This document shows positions 13,136-22,289 of a stretch of DNA of 24,000 nt, piece by piece; position 1 is the stretch's first letter, and each line of letters begins with the position of its first letter. The notes under the pieces are model-generated. The model had not been told where the DNA came from. It did not search any database and saw only the letters and a list, made by a program, of their open reading frames with translations. The stretch is from Acaryochloris marina S15 (GTDB taxonomy: Bacteria > Cyanobacteriota > Cyanobacteriia > Thermosynechococcales > Thermosynechococcaceae): positions 5,305,551-5,329,550 of the forward strand of contig NZ_CP064923.1 in assembly GCF_018336915.1 (NCBI RefSeq). The letters are read 5' to 3'. A program made the position numbers and the translations under genes.

Positions 13136-14845
13136 ATGCAACGAAATCTAGAGGAATTATCCAACACTAAATTTGACGTCTTAGTCATAGGCGGCGGCAT
13201 TTATGGGGCTTGTGTTGCCTATGAAGCAATCCTAAGAGGCTTATCCGTTGCTTTAGTCGAAAAACAAGATTTTTGTGGGGCGACCTCAGCTAATAGCCTA
13301 AAAACCATCCATGGTGGCCTGCGATATCTACAGCATGCTGACTTTAAGCGGATGCGAGAGTCTATTTATGAGCGGCGCACATTAATGAAAATTGCGCCTC
13401 ACCTCGTGCATCCCCTGCCTGTGTTGGTGCCGACCTATGGGCATGGATTGAAAGGCATAGAAGCGATGACGGTGGCACTAAAAATTAATGATTGGGTGAG
13501 TTGCGATCGCAACCACGGATTGCCCGATCCTCAACAACATATCCCGGCTGGTCGAACAATATCTGCGACCGAATGCCTACAGACCATGCCAGGCATTTCC
13601 GCAGATGGCCTCACTGGGGGAGCTATTTTCCACGATGCTCAAGTGTTCAATTCAGAGCGGTTAGTGCTTGCCTATTTACAGTCTGCGACTCAGCTCGGGT
13701 TACAAGCTGCCAACTATCTTAAAGTCACTGATTTTTTACAAGATGGAGATACCATCCTTGGCGCTCAAGTGACGGATGCTCTAACTCAAAACACCTTTGA
13801 TATTCAAGCCAAAACAATCATTAATACCAGCGGGCCATGGATTAATGAAGTCCTGGGATTGCTAGATCAACCTCCTTCCTCTCATCAGCCCTTTGCATTA
13901 GCCATGAACCTAGTAACCCGATCGCTATTTGATCATGACTATGCCGTCGGTATCTATAGCAAGACTGACTACACAGATGAAGATGCCATTCTAAAGCGCA
14001 AGAACCGATTACTCTTTATCGCACCTTGGCAAGGGTGCTCTTTAGTGGGTACAACCTATTCACACTACTCTGATACCCCCGATCATTTATCTATACCCCA
14101 GCATGAAATCCAACACTTTTTGGATGACATCAACCATGCCTATCCACTCGCCAATCTAACGGCTCAGGATGTTTATTGGGTGCATCAAGGTCTACTCCCC
14201 AGCAGCCACTCCCCAGCAACCACTCATGTCCAATTAACCAAGCATTACCACATCCAAAATTATCAAGAAGAAGGCTTAAATGGCCTCATCTCCGTCACCG
14301 GAGTTAAATATACAACTGCTCGCAACGTCGCCATCCATGCAGTCGATACTGCAGCAGCGATGTTAAAGAGGCCAGTCCTTCCCTCTCAGTCTGCTCAGCA
14401 ACCCTTACATGGCGGAGCGATCGACAACCTAGATGACTTTTTGGACCAAGGGCATAACCAACTCAGCCGTATCCCTGATCATCCGTCTGTCCAGAATTTT
14501 CTCTACAATTACGGCACAGCCTATTCATCAGTTCTCAAACAGGTACAGCACGGGCAACGAGCAACGCCACGACTAGACCTTCTACAAGCACAAGTCACCT
14601 ATGCAATTGAGGAAGAAATGGCGCAAACCCTCAGTGACGTTATTTTTAGACGCACGGGTATCGGCGCTGCCCAAAAGCCTACCACTGCAGAGTTACAAAC
14701 TTGTGCAGATATTATGTCAAATACACTGTTATGGAATCAGTCTAGAGTAGAACAAGAGATCTCAGAAGTGACATCTAGGTGGTCTTGGTCTACTCCTAAA
14801 CCACCCTCTGTGGGGGAAAAAACAGCAACTATTCAGGGAAGATAG
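13136..14845 (+). CDS. FAD-dependent oxidoreductase of the glycerol-3-phosphate dehydrogenase/oxidase (GlpD/GlpO) family
   Basis: 569 aa. The FAD fold is FDVLVIGGGIYGACVAYEA and the GlpD-type motif is SANSLKTIHGGLRYL. ERRTLMKIAPHLVHPLP is also present. The substrate cannot be determined from sequence alone. Confidence 0.8.
   Translation: MQRNLEELSNTKFDVLVIGGGIYGACVAYEAILRGLSVALVEKQDFCGATSANSLKTIHGGLRYLQHADFKRMRESIYERRTLMKIAPHLVHPLPVLVPTYGHGLKGIEAMTVALKINDWVSCDRNHGLPDPQQHIPAGRTISATECLQTMPGISADGLTGGAIFHDAQVFNSERLVLAYLQSATQLGLQAANYLKVTDFLQDGDTILGAQVTDALTQNTFDIQAKTIINTSGPWINEVLGLLDQPPSSHQPFALAMNLVTRSLFDHDYAVGIYSKTDYTDEDAILKRKNRLLFIAPWQGCSLVGTTYSHYSDTPDHLSIPQHEIQHFLDDINHAYPLANLTAQDVYWVHQGLLPSSHSPATTHVQLTKHYHIQNYQEEGLNGLISVTGVKYTTARNVAIHAVDTAAAMLKRPVLPSQSAQQPLHGGAIDNLDDFLDQGHNQLSRIPDHPSVQNFLYNYGTAYSSVLKQVQHGQRATPRLDLLQAQVTYAIEEEMAQTLSDVIFRRTGIGAAQKPTTAELQTCADIMSNTLLWNQSRVEQEISEVTSRWSWSTPKPPSVGEKTATIQGR
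13503..13510. repeat. HIP1 octamer GCGATCGC
   Basis: Exact match read in the sequence. Confidence 0.95.
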
Positions 14846-14847
14846 CT

Positions 14848-15387
14848 ATGCCTTCTCCCATTGCGCACTCAGCAACTGCATATTTCCTATACAAAATCAC
14901 GCCCCAAAACAATCGCTCTATCCACTTAAACCGACATCGTTGGATTGATCTTGCCTACATCATTGTGATTGGAAACATCGCGGATTTAGACTTTATTCCT
15001 CATCTAATCTTAGAAGGCAGTTTTCATCGAGGTCCTTCCCATAGTCTCTGTATTGCCTTACTGATCAGTATAGGCTGTACCCTTATTTTCAAATGGCTCC
15101 ATCAATCAACCTTCCAACGATTGTTTTTACTCACGTTTGGAATCTATATCTCCCATCTTTTTCTGGATTTCTGGACAGCCGGGGGCTCTGGGATGAAGTT
15201 ACTTTGGCCGTTTACCAATGCTTTTATTAAATCGCCAATTGCTTTTTTTCCCAGTGTTAGGCATTCCGAAGGATTATTCTATCCAGGTCATATCGTCTTT
15301 ATGACCTTTGAGACCATTTACAGTGTCGTCCTGTTGGTATTCATTAATCGATATCAAAAATATAAACGACAGAATCAAAATACATAG
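14848..15387 (+). CDS. membrane-bound metal-dependent hydrolase, YdjM/YbcI (DUF457)-like
   Basis: 179-aa polytopic ORF with the motifs IAHS, HRGPSHS and HLFLDFWTAGGSGMKLLWPF. Its start lies 2 nt after the upstream stop, which suggests translational coupling. Confidence 0.7.
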   Translation: MPSPIAHSATAYFLYKITPQNNRSIHLNRHRWIDLAYIIVIGNIADLDFIPHLILEGSFHRGPSHSLCIALLISIGCTLIFKWLHQSTFQRLFLLTFGIYISHLFLDFWTAGGSGMKLLWPFTNAFIKSPIAFFPSVRHSEGLFYPGHIVFMTFETIYSVVLLVFINRYQKYKRQNQNT

Positions 15388-15422
15388 ACTCAAAAAAAAT
15401 ATTTAAACCCAGATAATACCTA

Positions 15423-16274
15423 GTGAATATGCACGACTCACAACCATCCCATATTCTTGTCGACGCCCATGTGCACCTGCATCACTGTTTTTCCTTACAA
15501 ACAGTGCTCGATTCAGCATTACAGAATTTCCAAGATAATGGCCAATACATAACGACCGGCTTACAGCATCAACTTGGGGTTCTATTCATCAATGAGATAG
15601 GGCACCAGAATTCATTTGCACAATTACGGGCAGACATATCTAACAAGCAAGCGATCACCCTTGATGACTGGACCTTAAACATCACACCTGAACAGGAATC
15701 ACTAGTCGCTCACCATTCCTCCAATCAGCAAATTCTGCTCATTGTAGGCCGTCAAATTGTTACCCACGAAAATATCGAAGTCTTATCACTATTCTCAAGT
15801 ACAACCATCCCAGAACAGCAATCCTTAGAGAAAACACTGCTAAATGTGAGTATGGCAGGAGGGTTAGCCGTCCTGCCCTGGGGATTTGGTAAATGGTTTG
15901 GTAAACGAGGCAAACTCGTGAATCAAGCGATTCAAGCCAGAGATCAAACTGAGATATTGATAGGCGACAACGGCAATAGACCCAGTTTTTGGATTAATCC
16001 AGTTTATCTAAATAAAGCTAAAAAAAAGGGCATCAAGGTATTACCAGGGACAGATCCCTTACCTTTAGCAACAGAAGTGCACCGTCCTGGGAGTTTCGGA
16101 TTCTACACCCAAGGGATCATTCAGGCCAACCATCCTGCAGCTTCTCTCAAACAAATACTGATCGATCCAAACACAAGCCTTCAACCCTATGGATCGCTGG
16201 AAACGCCATTTCGCTTCATTAATAATCAAATTCAATTTAGACTACAAAAGAAAAAACGCAACGCCGTTGAATAG
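15423..16274 (+). CDS. hypothetical protein, possible metal-dependent (PHP/amidohydrolase-like) phosphoesterase
   Basis: 283 aa. The N-terminal ILVDAHVHLH (DxHxH) and a later LPGTDPLP are reminiscent of PHP-type metal-ligand motifs. There is no firm family match. The start is GTG 15423 or ATG 15429. Confidence 0.35.
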   Translation: MNMHDSQPSHILVDAHVHLHHCFSLQTVLDSALQNFQDNGQYITTGLQHQLGVLFINEIGHQNSFAQLRADISNKQAITLDDWTLNITPEQESLVAHHSSNQQILLIVGRQIVTHENIEVLSLFSSTTIPEQQSLEKTLLNVSMAGGLAVLPWGFGKWFGKRGKLVNQAIQARDQTEILIGDNGNRPSFWINPVYLNKAKKKGIKVLPGTDPLPLATEVHRPGSFGFYTQGIIQANHPAASLKQILIDPNTSLQPYGSLETPFRFINNQIQFRLQKKKRNAVE

Positions 16275-16364
16275 TGTGTTCGAGCCCAAAACTGGTTGGA
16301 CCTGCAATCCCTGGAATTGCTGAACCAGATTCATTAGCTCAACCTCAAATGACAACACGCTAGA

Positions 16365-17144
16365 TTGAAAATCAGCCCGAGAAAACATAACGCTCTTTTA
16401 CTCATTAATCAGATGCAGCCGGAGAACAACTTTTTAGAAACAGCAGATATAGAAACATCTTCCGATGACTATGCTTCTCGTTTTCAAGGGCCTACAGGGG
16501 AGTGGCTGCTCCACGTTCAAGAGCAAGCCACCCTGTCTATGCTGACTCAATATCCCAACGCCAGCATTTTAGATGTGGGTGGAGGACATGGGCAGCTAAC
16601 CAAAGCCCTAATCAATAAAGAGTTTTCACTCACCGTTTTGGGTAGTAGCCTGTCTTGCCAAAACCGTATCAAAACTTATATTGACGCTGGACAGTGTGAG
16701 TTCAAGATGGGCGATGTTTTAAGCTTGCCTTACCCAGACAACGCCTTTGATATTGTGATTAGTTATCGGTTTCTAGCACATGTGAACCAGTGGCAAGCGT
16801 TCTTATCTGAGCTAGGGCGTGTTGCCAAAACAGCCGTGATCGTCGATTACCCCACCACTCGCAGCATTAACTACTTATCACCGTTATTATTCAAATTCAA
16901 AAAAGGCGTAGAGGGCAATACGCGAAAATTCATCTGTTACCAAGAGAAAGAGCTATTAGACTTTTGCAGCAGCATTGGGTTAGAGAAGGACAATCGTCAT
17001 CCACAATTTTTTTGGCCAATGGTTCTCCATCGAATGATGAAGCAACCCAAAGTCTCAGAACTCCTGGAGAATCCAGTGAAGAAGCTCGGTTTAACATACG
17101 TATGGGGCTCTCCAGTAATTACAAAATTCCAGAAAGTTCACTAA
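16365..17144 (+). CDS. class I SAM-dependent methyltransferase
   Basis: Motif I is ILDVGGGHGQ and the post-I/II region has FDIVISYRFLAH. The start is uncertain (TTG 16365 or ATG 16413). Confidence 0.8.
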   Translation: MKISPRKHNALLLINQMQPENNFLETADIETSSDDYASRFQGPTGEWLLHVQEQATLSMLTQYPNASILDVGGGHGQLTKALINKEFSLTVLGSSLSCQNRIKTYIDAGQCEFKMGDVLSLPYPDNAFDIVISYRFLAHVNQWQAFLSELGRVAKTAVIVDYPTTRSINYLSPLLFKFKKGVEGNTRKFICYQEKELLDFCSSIGLEKDNRHPQFFWPMVLHRMMKQPKVSELLENPVKKLGLTYVWGSPVITKFQKVH

Positions 17145-17201
17145 TCTATTCATTACTCGAATCCATCATTCATCTAACCATCAACATCCATTAAATACCG
17201 T

Positions 17202-18236
17202 ATGTCTTCAATAATGGCTCACGAGAACACAATCAGCCCTGGTCAACGTGTTTTAGTGACTGGTGCAACTGGCTATACAGGCAGCACCTTAGTCCAAAAA
17301 CTGCTGACCCAGAATGTAGAGGTTGTGGCGATAGCCCGCCAATCATCTGATCTAAGCCGTTGGCAAGATGCACCCATTCAATGGATTAAGGGAGATGTTT
17401 TTGATCCACGGCTTATTCAACAGGCGATGGAAGGAGTGAACTATATATTTCATATGGTCACCCCGTTTCGGGAAGCAAAGTCGTCTGATGATGTTTATTA
17501 CAATGTTCATGTTAAAAGTACACAGCTACTAGCGAAGGCAGCCTTAAACCAACCCGACTTCAAGCGCTTTGTCCATATATCGACGATAGGTGTCCATGGA
17601 CATATCGAAAATCCTCCTGCTGATGAGAACTATAGAACTTCTCCTGGAGATTTATACCAATCCACCAAATTAGAAGGCGAAATATGGATCAAGCAATTTG
17701 GTGCTGAAACTGGACTACCCGTAACCATCATCAGACCGGCAGGCATTATTGGGCCTGGTGAAAAACGGCTGTTAAAAATATACAAGATGGTTTGTTCTGG
17801 CTTGGTACCAGCCATTGGTAATGGGAGTAATCTTCTGCATTTAATTCACGTCGATGATTTGACCAACTGTTTTCTGCTGGCCTCTCAACATCCGAATGCA
17901 GTGGATGAAGTCTTCATTTGTGGAAATCAAGAATCGATTTCTTTCAAAGAAATGGTCAATTTGATCTCCGCGTGTTATCAGAAAAAAGCCACTCTTCTAC
18001 CACTCCCAGCTGCGCCCTTATTCCTATTGGGAGACATGCTTGAGTTTATTTGTAAGCCTCTAAATATTGAGCCTCCCATTTACCGTAGAAGACTTGCCTT
18101 TTACACCAAAGATCGTGCATTCAATGTTAACAAGCTTAAATCGAAACTAGGTTTTGTGCCGCGACATTCCAATGAGCAGTGTGTTGCTGAACTAGCACAA
18201 TGGTATTTACAAGAAGGGTGGACAACAGTTAGCTAA
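17202..18236 (+). CDS. NAD-dependent epimerase/dehydratase (extended SDR)
   Basis: The Rossmann motif is VLVTGATGYTGSTL and the catalytic YxxxK is YQSTK. At 344 aa the length is typical of sugar-nucleotide epimerases/reductases. Confidence 0.85.
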   Translation: MSSIMAHENTISPGQRVLVTGATGYTGSTLVQKLLTQNVEVVAIARQSSDLSRWQDAPIQWIKGDVFDPRLIQQAMEGVNYIFHMVTPFREAKSSDDVYYNVHVKSTQLLAKAALNQPDFKRFVHISTIGVHGHIENPPADENYRTSPGDLYQSTKLEGEIWIKQFGAETGLPVTIIRPAGIIGPGEKRLLKIYKMVCSGLVPAIGNGSNLLHLIHVDDLTNCFLLASQHPNAVDEVFICGNQESISFKEMVNLISACYQKKATLLPLPAAPLFLLGDMLEFICKPLNIEPPIYRRRLAFYTKDRAFNVNKLKSKLGFVPRHSNEQCVAELAQWYLQEGWTTVS

Positions 18237-18327
18237 ATTCATATCAATAGAAAAAGATTATAGCCAATATTACTCAAATATAATCCTCAGGAATCAGTTC
18301 AATAAACGTAAAACAATATATTTTTTA

Positions 18328-20184
18328 GTGATGCTAGATGCTGATATAAAGTCTCAACTAAGAGAAGCTCAGACTCAAACTGATATTTCTATAATATTGA
18401 GGAATATTCACTCCACAGACTTGTCAAGCTCAGATTACTTTTTTATTAGTAGAGTACTGAACAAAAAACATTCTGAATCTTGTTTAAAAATCGCCTACTT
18501 TTCGAATTACACGATTGTTCCTCTGCCTTCTTTTATTGAAGTACAGAGCGCTTTTCATAATATTGAAGTTAGGAGCTATATAGGAGAGTACAATCAGCAC
18601 TATCAGGAAATACTAAATCCCAATTCATCAGCTTTAAGCTTCAGCCCTGATATCGCTTTCTTACTCTTATCTCTACATGAGCTATGCCCTTCTATCCTGT
18701 ACAGTTTTACAAGCCTTACTAATCAGCAAAAACTAGATCAAAAAAACATTATTCTGGAGCATATCTTTAACTGGGTCAATCTCACTATAGACAAAACGAG
18801 TGCTACAGTTTTTGTCAGTGACTTCTTACAACCCACTTTTCCATCTCTTGGAATCGCGGATAGCCAGCAAAGTTATAGCGAACATGAATTCTATATTGAG
18901 CTAAATCTAGCCTTAAAAAAAGAATTTAGAGAAAATCCTAGAGTCTATGTTATTGATATAGATAAGTTAGCTTCCAGATATGGAAAAGAAGATGCTGTAA
19001 ACTCCAAAATGTTTTTTATGGCCAAAGTTCTTTGGCATGAAAAATTTTTACCCACAATTGCTCAAGAGATCATTCGATATCTCACCAGTTATTTGGGTCG
19101 AACTAAAAAATGTTTAGTTTTAGATCTTGACAACACATTATGGGGTGGAGTGGTTGGTGAGGAGGGAATAGAAGGCGTAAAGATTGGCAATGGCGATCCT
19201 ATTAGCGAAGCCTATCTTGCTTTTCAATATAAAATTTCTGCTTTGAAAAACCGAGGCATAATTCTTGGTATATGCAGTAAAAACAATCAAGCAGATGCTT
19301 TAGAAGTCTTTGACAAAAAAGTCGAAATGCCACTAAACATTCAAGACTTTTCAGCAATCGAAATCAACTGGGAACCCAAATATATCAATATCAAGAACAT
19401 CGCTCAGAAGTTAAATATTGGAACTGACAGCATCGTCTTTATTGACGATAATCCTGTAGAGTGTAGTCTTGTTTCTCAAGCACTTCCTGAAGTAACAACT
19501 GTCCAATTACCGAAAGACCCAGCTCTTTACGCTGATGTCCTCGACAAAATTCTTGTATTTGAAAAGTTTAATATCCTAAGCGATGATCTCAACAAAGTAC
19601 AGCAGTATTCGCAAAATGAACAGCGTAAAGAAGAGAAAGAACGAATCGGAGATCTCAACTCTTATCTACATAGCTTAGAGACGAAAGTTAAAATCTGCTT
19701 AGCTGCCGATCAAGATTTACCAAGGGTTCACCAACTCTTTTCTAAAACGAATCAATTCAACCTAACCACTATTCGTTACTCGATGTCCAACATTGAGGAA
19801 TTTCATAAGAATGAGCATGATTCGATTATAATTACCTCTGTTCAAGATAAATTTGGCGATTTGGGCACTGTAGGATTATGCTTACTCAAAAACCAAGAGC
19901 ATCAACTCCTGATTGACAGCTTTATACTGAGTTGTCGGGCGATGGGACGCGGCATTGAGACAGCATTGCTCAACTACATCAAGCGAGAATATCTTTTAGG
20001 TGACCGGTCGCTAAAGCTCATAGGGTCTTACATTCCCACAAAAAAGAACATTCCGACTAGAGACTTTTTAGAATCGCAAGGATTTGTTCTAGTATCAAAA
20101 GGTACTCAGGGAGAAAAATATTATGAGGTGCACTCCGATGATGCATTAGAAGTCTCTTGTCCCTGGATTAACATTATTGATTAG
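18328..20184 (+). CDS. FkbH-like HAD-IIIC family protein (N-terminal unknown domain + HAD phosphatase domain + C-terminal GNAT-like/FkbH domain)
   Basis: The HAD motifs are LVLDLDNTLWGGVVGEEG (I), ICSKNN (II) and K...VFIDDNPVE (III/IV). The C-terminus has TNQFNLTTIRY and ILSCRAMGRGIE. The likely start is ATG 18331. Confidence 0.8.
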   Translation: MMLDADIKSQLREAQTQTDISIILRNIHSTDLSSSDYFFISRVLNKKHSESCLKIAYFSNYTIVPLPSFIEVQSAFHNIEVRSYIGEYNQHYQEILNPNSSALSFSPDIAFLLLSLHELCPSILYSFTSLTNQQKLDQKNIILEHIFNWVNLTIDKTSATVFVSDFLQPTFPSLGIADSQQSYSEHEFYIELNLALKKEFRENPRVYVIDIDKLASRYGKEDAVNSKMFFMAKVLWHEKFLPTIAQEIIRYLTSYLGRTKKCLVLDLDNTLWGGVVGEEGIEGVKIGNGDPISEAYLAFQYKISALKNRGIILGICSKNNQADALEVFDKKVEMPLNIQDFSAIEINWEPKYINIKNIAQKLNIGTDSIVFIDDNPVECSLVSQALPEVTTVQLPKDPALYADVLDKILVFEKFNILSDDLNKVQQYSQNEQRKEEKERIGDLNSYLHSLETKVKICLAADQDLPRVHQLFSKTNQFNLTTIRYSMSNIEEFHKNEHDSIIITSVQDKFGDLGTVGLCLLKNQEHQLLIDSFILSCRAMGRGIETALLNYIKREYLLGDRSLKLIGSYIPTKKNIPTRDFLESQGFVLVSKGTQGEKYYEVHSDDALEVSCPWINIID

Positions 20185-20196
20185 GATAAATAAGTT

Positions 20197-20436
20197 ATGG
20201 CTAAAAGTGGTGTCCAAGAAAGAGTTAAACTGGTTTTTTCTGACGTTCTAGACATCGATCTGCAAACAATTTCAGATGATCTTGGCCCTGACAACTGTGA
20301 TAGCTGGGATTCTATGAATAATCTACGGCTCATTACAGCTTTAGAAGAAGAGTTCAGTATTAATTTCTCAATGGAAGAGATCTCTTCAATGGTTGATATT
20401 AGCCGTGCAATTGAGCTAATTGAAAGCAAAAGCTAG
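20197..20436 (+). CDS. acyl carrier protein
   Basis: 79 aa and acidic. The phosphopantetheine attachment motif is WDSMNNLRLITALEEEF (DSxxxL). The gene starts 12 nt after the FkbH-like stop. Confidence 0.85.
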   Translation: MAKSGVQERVKLVFSDVLDIDLQTISDDLGPDNCDSWDSMNNLRLITALEEEFSINFSMEEISSMVDISRAIELIESKS

Positions 20437-20472
20437 ATAGCGCTTATTCAATCCTCAGATTTGACCTAATAT

Positions 20473-21024
20473 GTGATTTTCAAGGACTATGCTGTAATGG
20501 ATGCTGGTAAAATTGTCCGTAGGTTTTTAGTTCCATCACCTGCAATTACCCTATATTATCTAATAAAGTTTGGGGCTAAAATCAGTCCTAAAGCTGAGGT
20601 TGAACTCAGTTCATTTTTCACAATTGGTCGCCAATCTGTTATCAGTTCATTTACTAAGATTAAGGCATCTGAAGGGCCACTAAAAATTGGTTCACATGTT
20701 TCTATTTCAACGGGATGCTTTATCAGTTCCCATACGGGTGGACTTGAAATTGGTGATTACTGCTTAGTGGGTCCAAATGTAACAATAGTAGGCAATAATT
20801 ATAACTATAGTAAAATTGATGTTCCCTTAGAACAACAAGGAATTATATCTAAAGGAATTAGGATTGGTAGCAATGTTTGGCTAGGTGCGGGTGTATGCGT
20901 TCTCGATGGAGTCACAGTCGGAGATAATTGTATTATCACCCCTAATTCAGTTATCTCGTCAAATATTCCTTCCGGTGCGATCGCAAGTGGGCAACCAGCT
21001 AAAGTTATTTTTAAACGTAGGTAG
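20473..21024 (+). CDS. hexapeptide-repeat (left-handed beta-helix) acyl/acetyltransferase
   Basis: Tandem hexapeptide repeats are present: IGDYCLVGPNVTIVG, IGSNVWLGAGVCVLDGVTVGDNCIITPNSVI. This is WcaF/LacA-like. The start is GTG 20473 or ATG 20497. Confidence 0.85.
   Translation: MIFKDYAVMDAGKIVRRFLVPSPAITLYYLIKFGAKISPKAEVELSSFFTIGRQSVISSFTKIKASEGPLKIGSHVSISTGCFISSHTGGLEIGDYCLVGPNVTIVGNNYNYSKIDVPLEQQGIISKGIRIGSNVWLGAGVCVLDGVTVGDNCIITPNSVISSNIPSGAIASGQPAKVIFKRR
20977..20984. repeat. HIP1 octamer GCGATCGC
   Basis: Exact match read in the sequence. Confidence 0.95.
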
Positions 21025-21217
21025 TGCGCTACAGAGAAATTGCGGTTCGGCAATATCAAATTCATTTCTATCATCACTCTTTTCTGCGATCTAGACTCAT
21101 TCTATTAGTTCCAATATCAGTTGCAATAGGCTAGGTAATTTACCCAAAAAATCTATTATTAGATTCACGAAATATGAAGAATTTATATCAAGTTTCTTTA
21201 TCCTCTAAGTTATTAGT

Positions 21218-22216
21218 ATGTACTCATCTAGCATAAGAAATACTAATCCTATTTTCATCTTCGGATCGGCACGATCAGGAACTTCTTTATTGAGTCGAAT
21301 CATTAATTCTCACCCTAGAATTTCAGTTCCATTTGAATCTCATTTATACGACACTTTTTATCCCTGGCTGAAGTATTACGGCGATTTAAATCTCTCTAAA
21401 AATAGAGAACGCTTAGTCGATGATATTTTAAGTATTGAATGCATGAGAGATTGGAGTCCTAGACCTGGTCGAGAATGTGTTTTAGCAGCAGTCTCACAGA
21501 ATAATTTTGCTGGTATCGTAGATGGATTAATCCGGTCATGGTCTATCAGCCAGGGGAAAAAAAGATGGGGAGAAAAAACACCAGCGCATGCCTTTTTTTG
21601 GCGTGAGATCTTAAATGATTTTCCTAATTGCAAGGTTATTCACATCGTGCGTGATGGCCGCGACTCATCCTTGTCTTTAAAAAATGCTCGTTTTGGCCCC
21701 AAACATTATTATCATTTAGCAAAAGTATGGGTGAAATATTTACAGGTTATTGAAAGCTTAAAATCCAAGATAAATAGTAGCTCTTTTTATGAGATACGCT
21801 ACGAAGATTTGTTGTCTAATACCAATGCTAAATCTAGAGAGATATGTGATTTTCTTGAGGAAGATTTTTCTGAAGAAATGCTCAGTTTCTATAACAATAA
21901 TAATCCATATCCAACTGACAAAGATAATCTCAAAAACCTAGCGAAACCTATCATATCTAGCAATTCCAATAAATGGAAGAGTAGTATGTCTCCTAGAGAT
22001 ATAAGAATATTTGAGTCAGTCGCTGGTCCTTATTTAGAGGCATATGGTTATGAAACAGTAATGAGTCATCCTACAATCTCTTCTATAGAAGAGTGGTTAA
22101 TTAAGTATTTTGAGCATCCTCCCAAAAAGATTTTATCTATGATCAAGAATAGGAAAGGTCATATTGATGGTTTGCGTAGGTTAGCTATTTATACTCGTCT
22201 TGTTATTACTCAATAG
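21218..22216 (+). CDS. PAPS-dependent sulfotransferase family protein
   Basis: The 5'-PSB loop is IFGSARSGTSLL and the 3'-PB motif is HIVRDGRDSSLS. Length is 332 aa. Confidence 0.8.
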   Translation: MYSSSIRNTNPIFIFGSARSGTSLLSRIINSHPRISVPFESHLYDTFYPWLKYYGDLNLSKNRERLVDDILSIECMRDWSPRPGRECVLAAVSQNNFAGIVDGLIRSWSISQGKKRWGEKTPAHAFFWREILNDFPNCKVIHIVRDGRDSSLSLKNARFGPKHYYHLAKVWVKYLQVIESLKSKINSSSFYEIRYEDLLSNTNAKSREICDFLEEDFSEEMLSFYNNNNPYPTDKDNLKNLAKPIISSNSNKWKSSMSPRDIRIFESVAGPYLEAYGYETVMSHPTISSIEEWLIKYFEHPPKKILSMIKNRKGHIDGLRRLAIYTRLVITQ

Positions 22217-22289
22217 TGTTATGCCCGTCATATATTACTGTTGTGTTTTTGAAACATTGAGATTTAAAAATATATACTGAATAACAAGA

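Noticed and set aside
20181-20429. An 82-aa ORF antisense to the ACP gene.
   Set aside because: It is the complete mirror of a well-supported ACP CDS. Its translation is serine- and isoleucine-rich low complexity with no motif.
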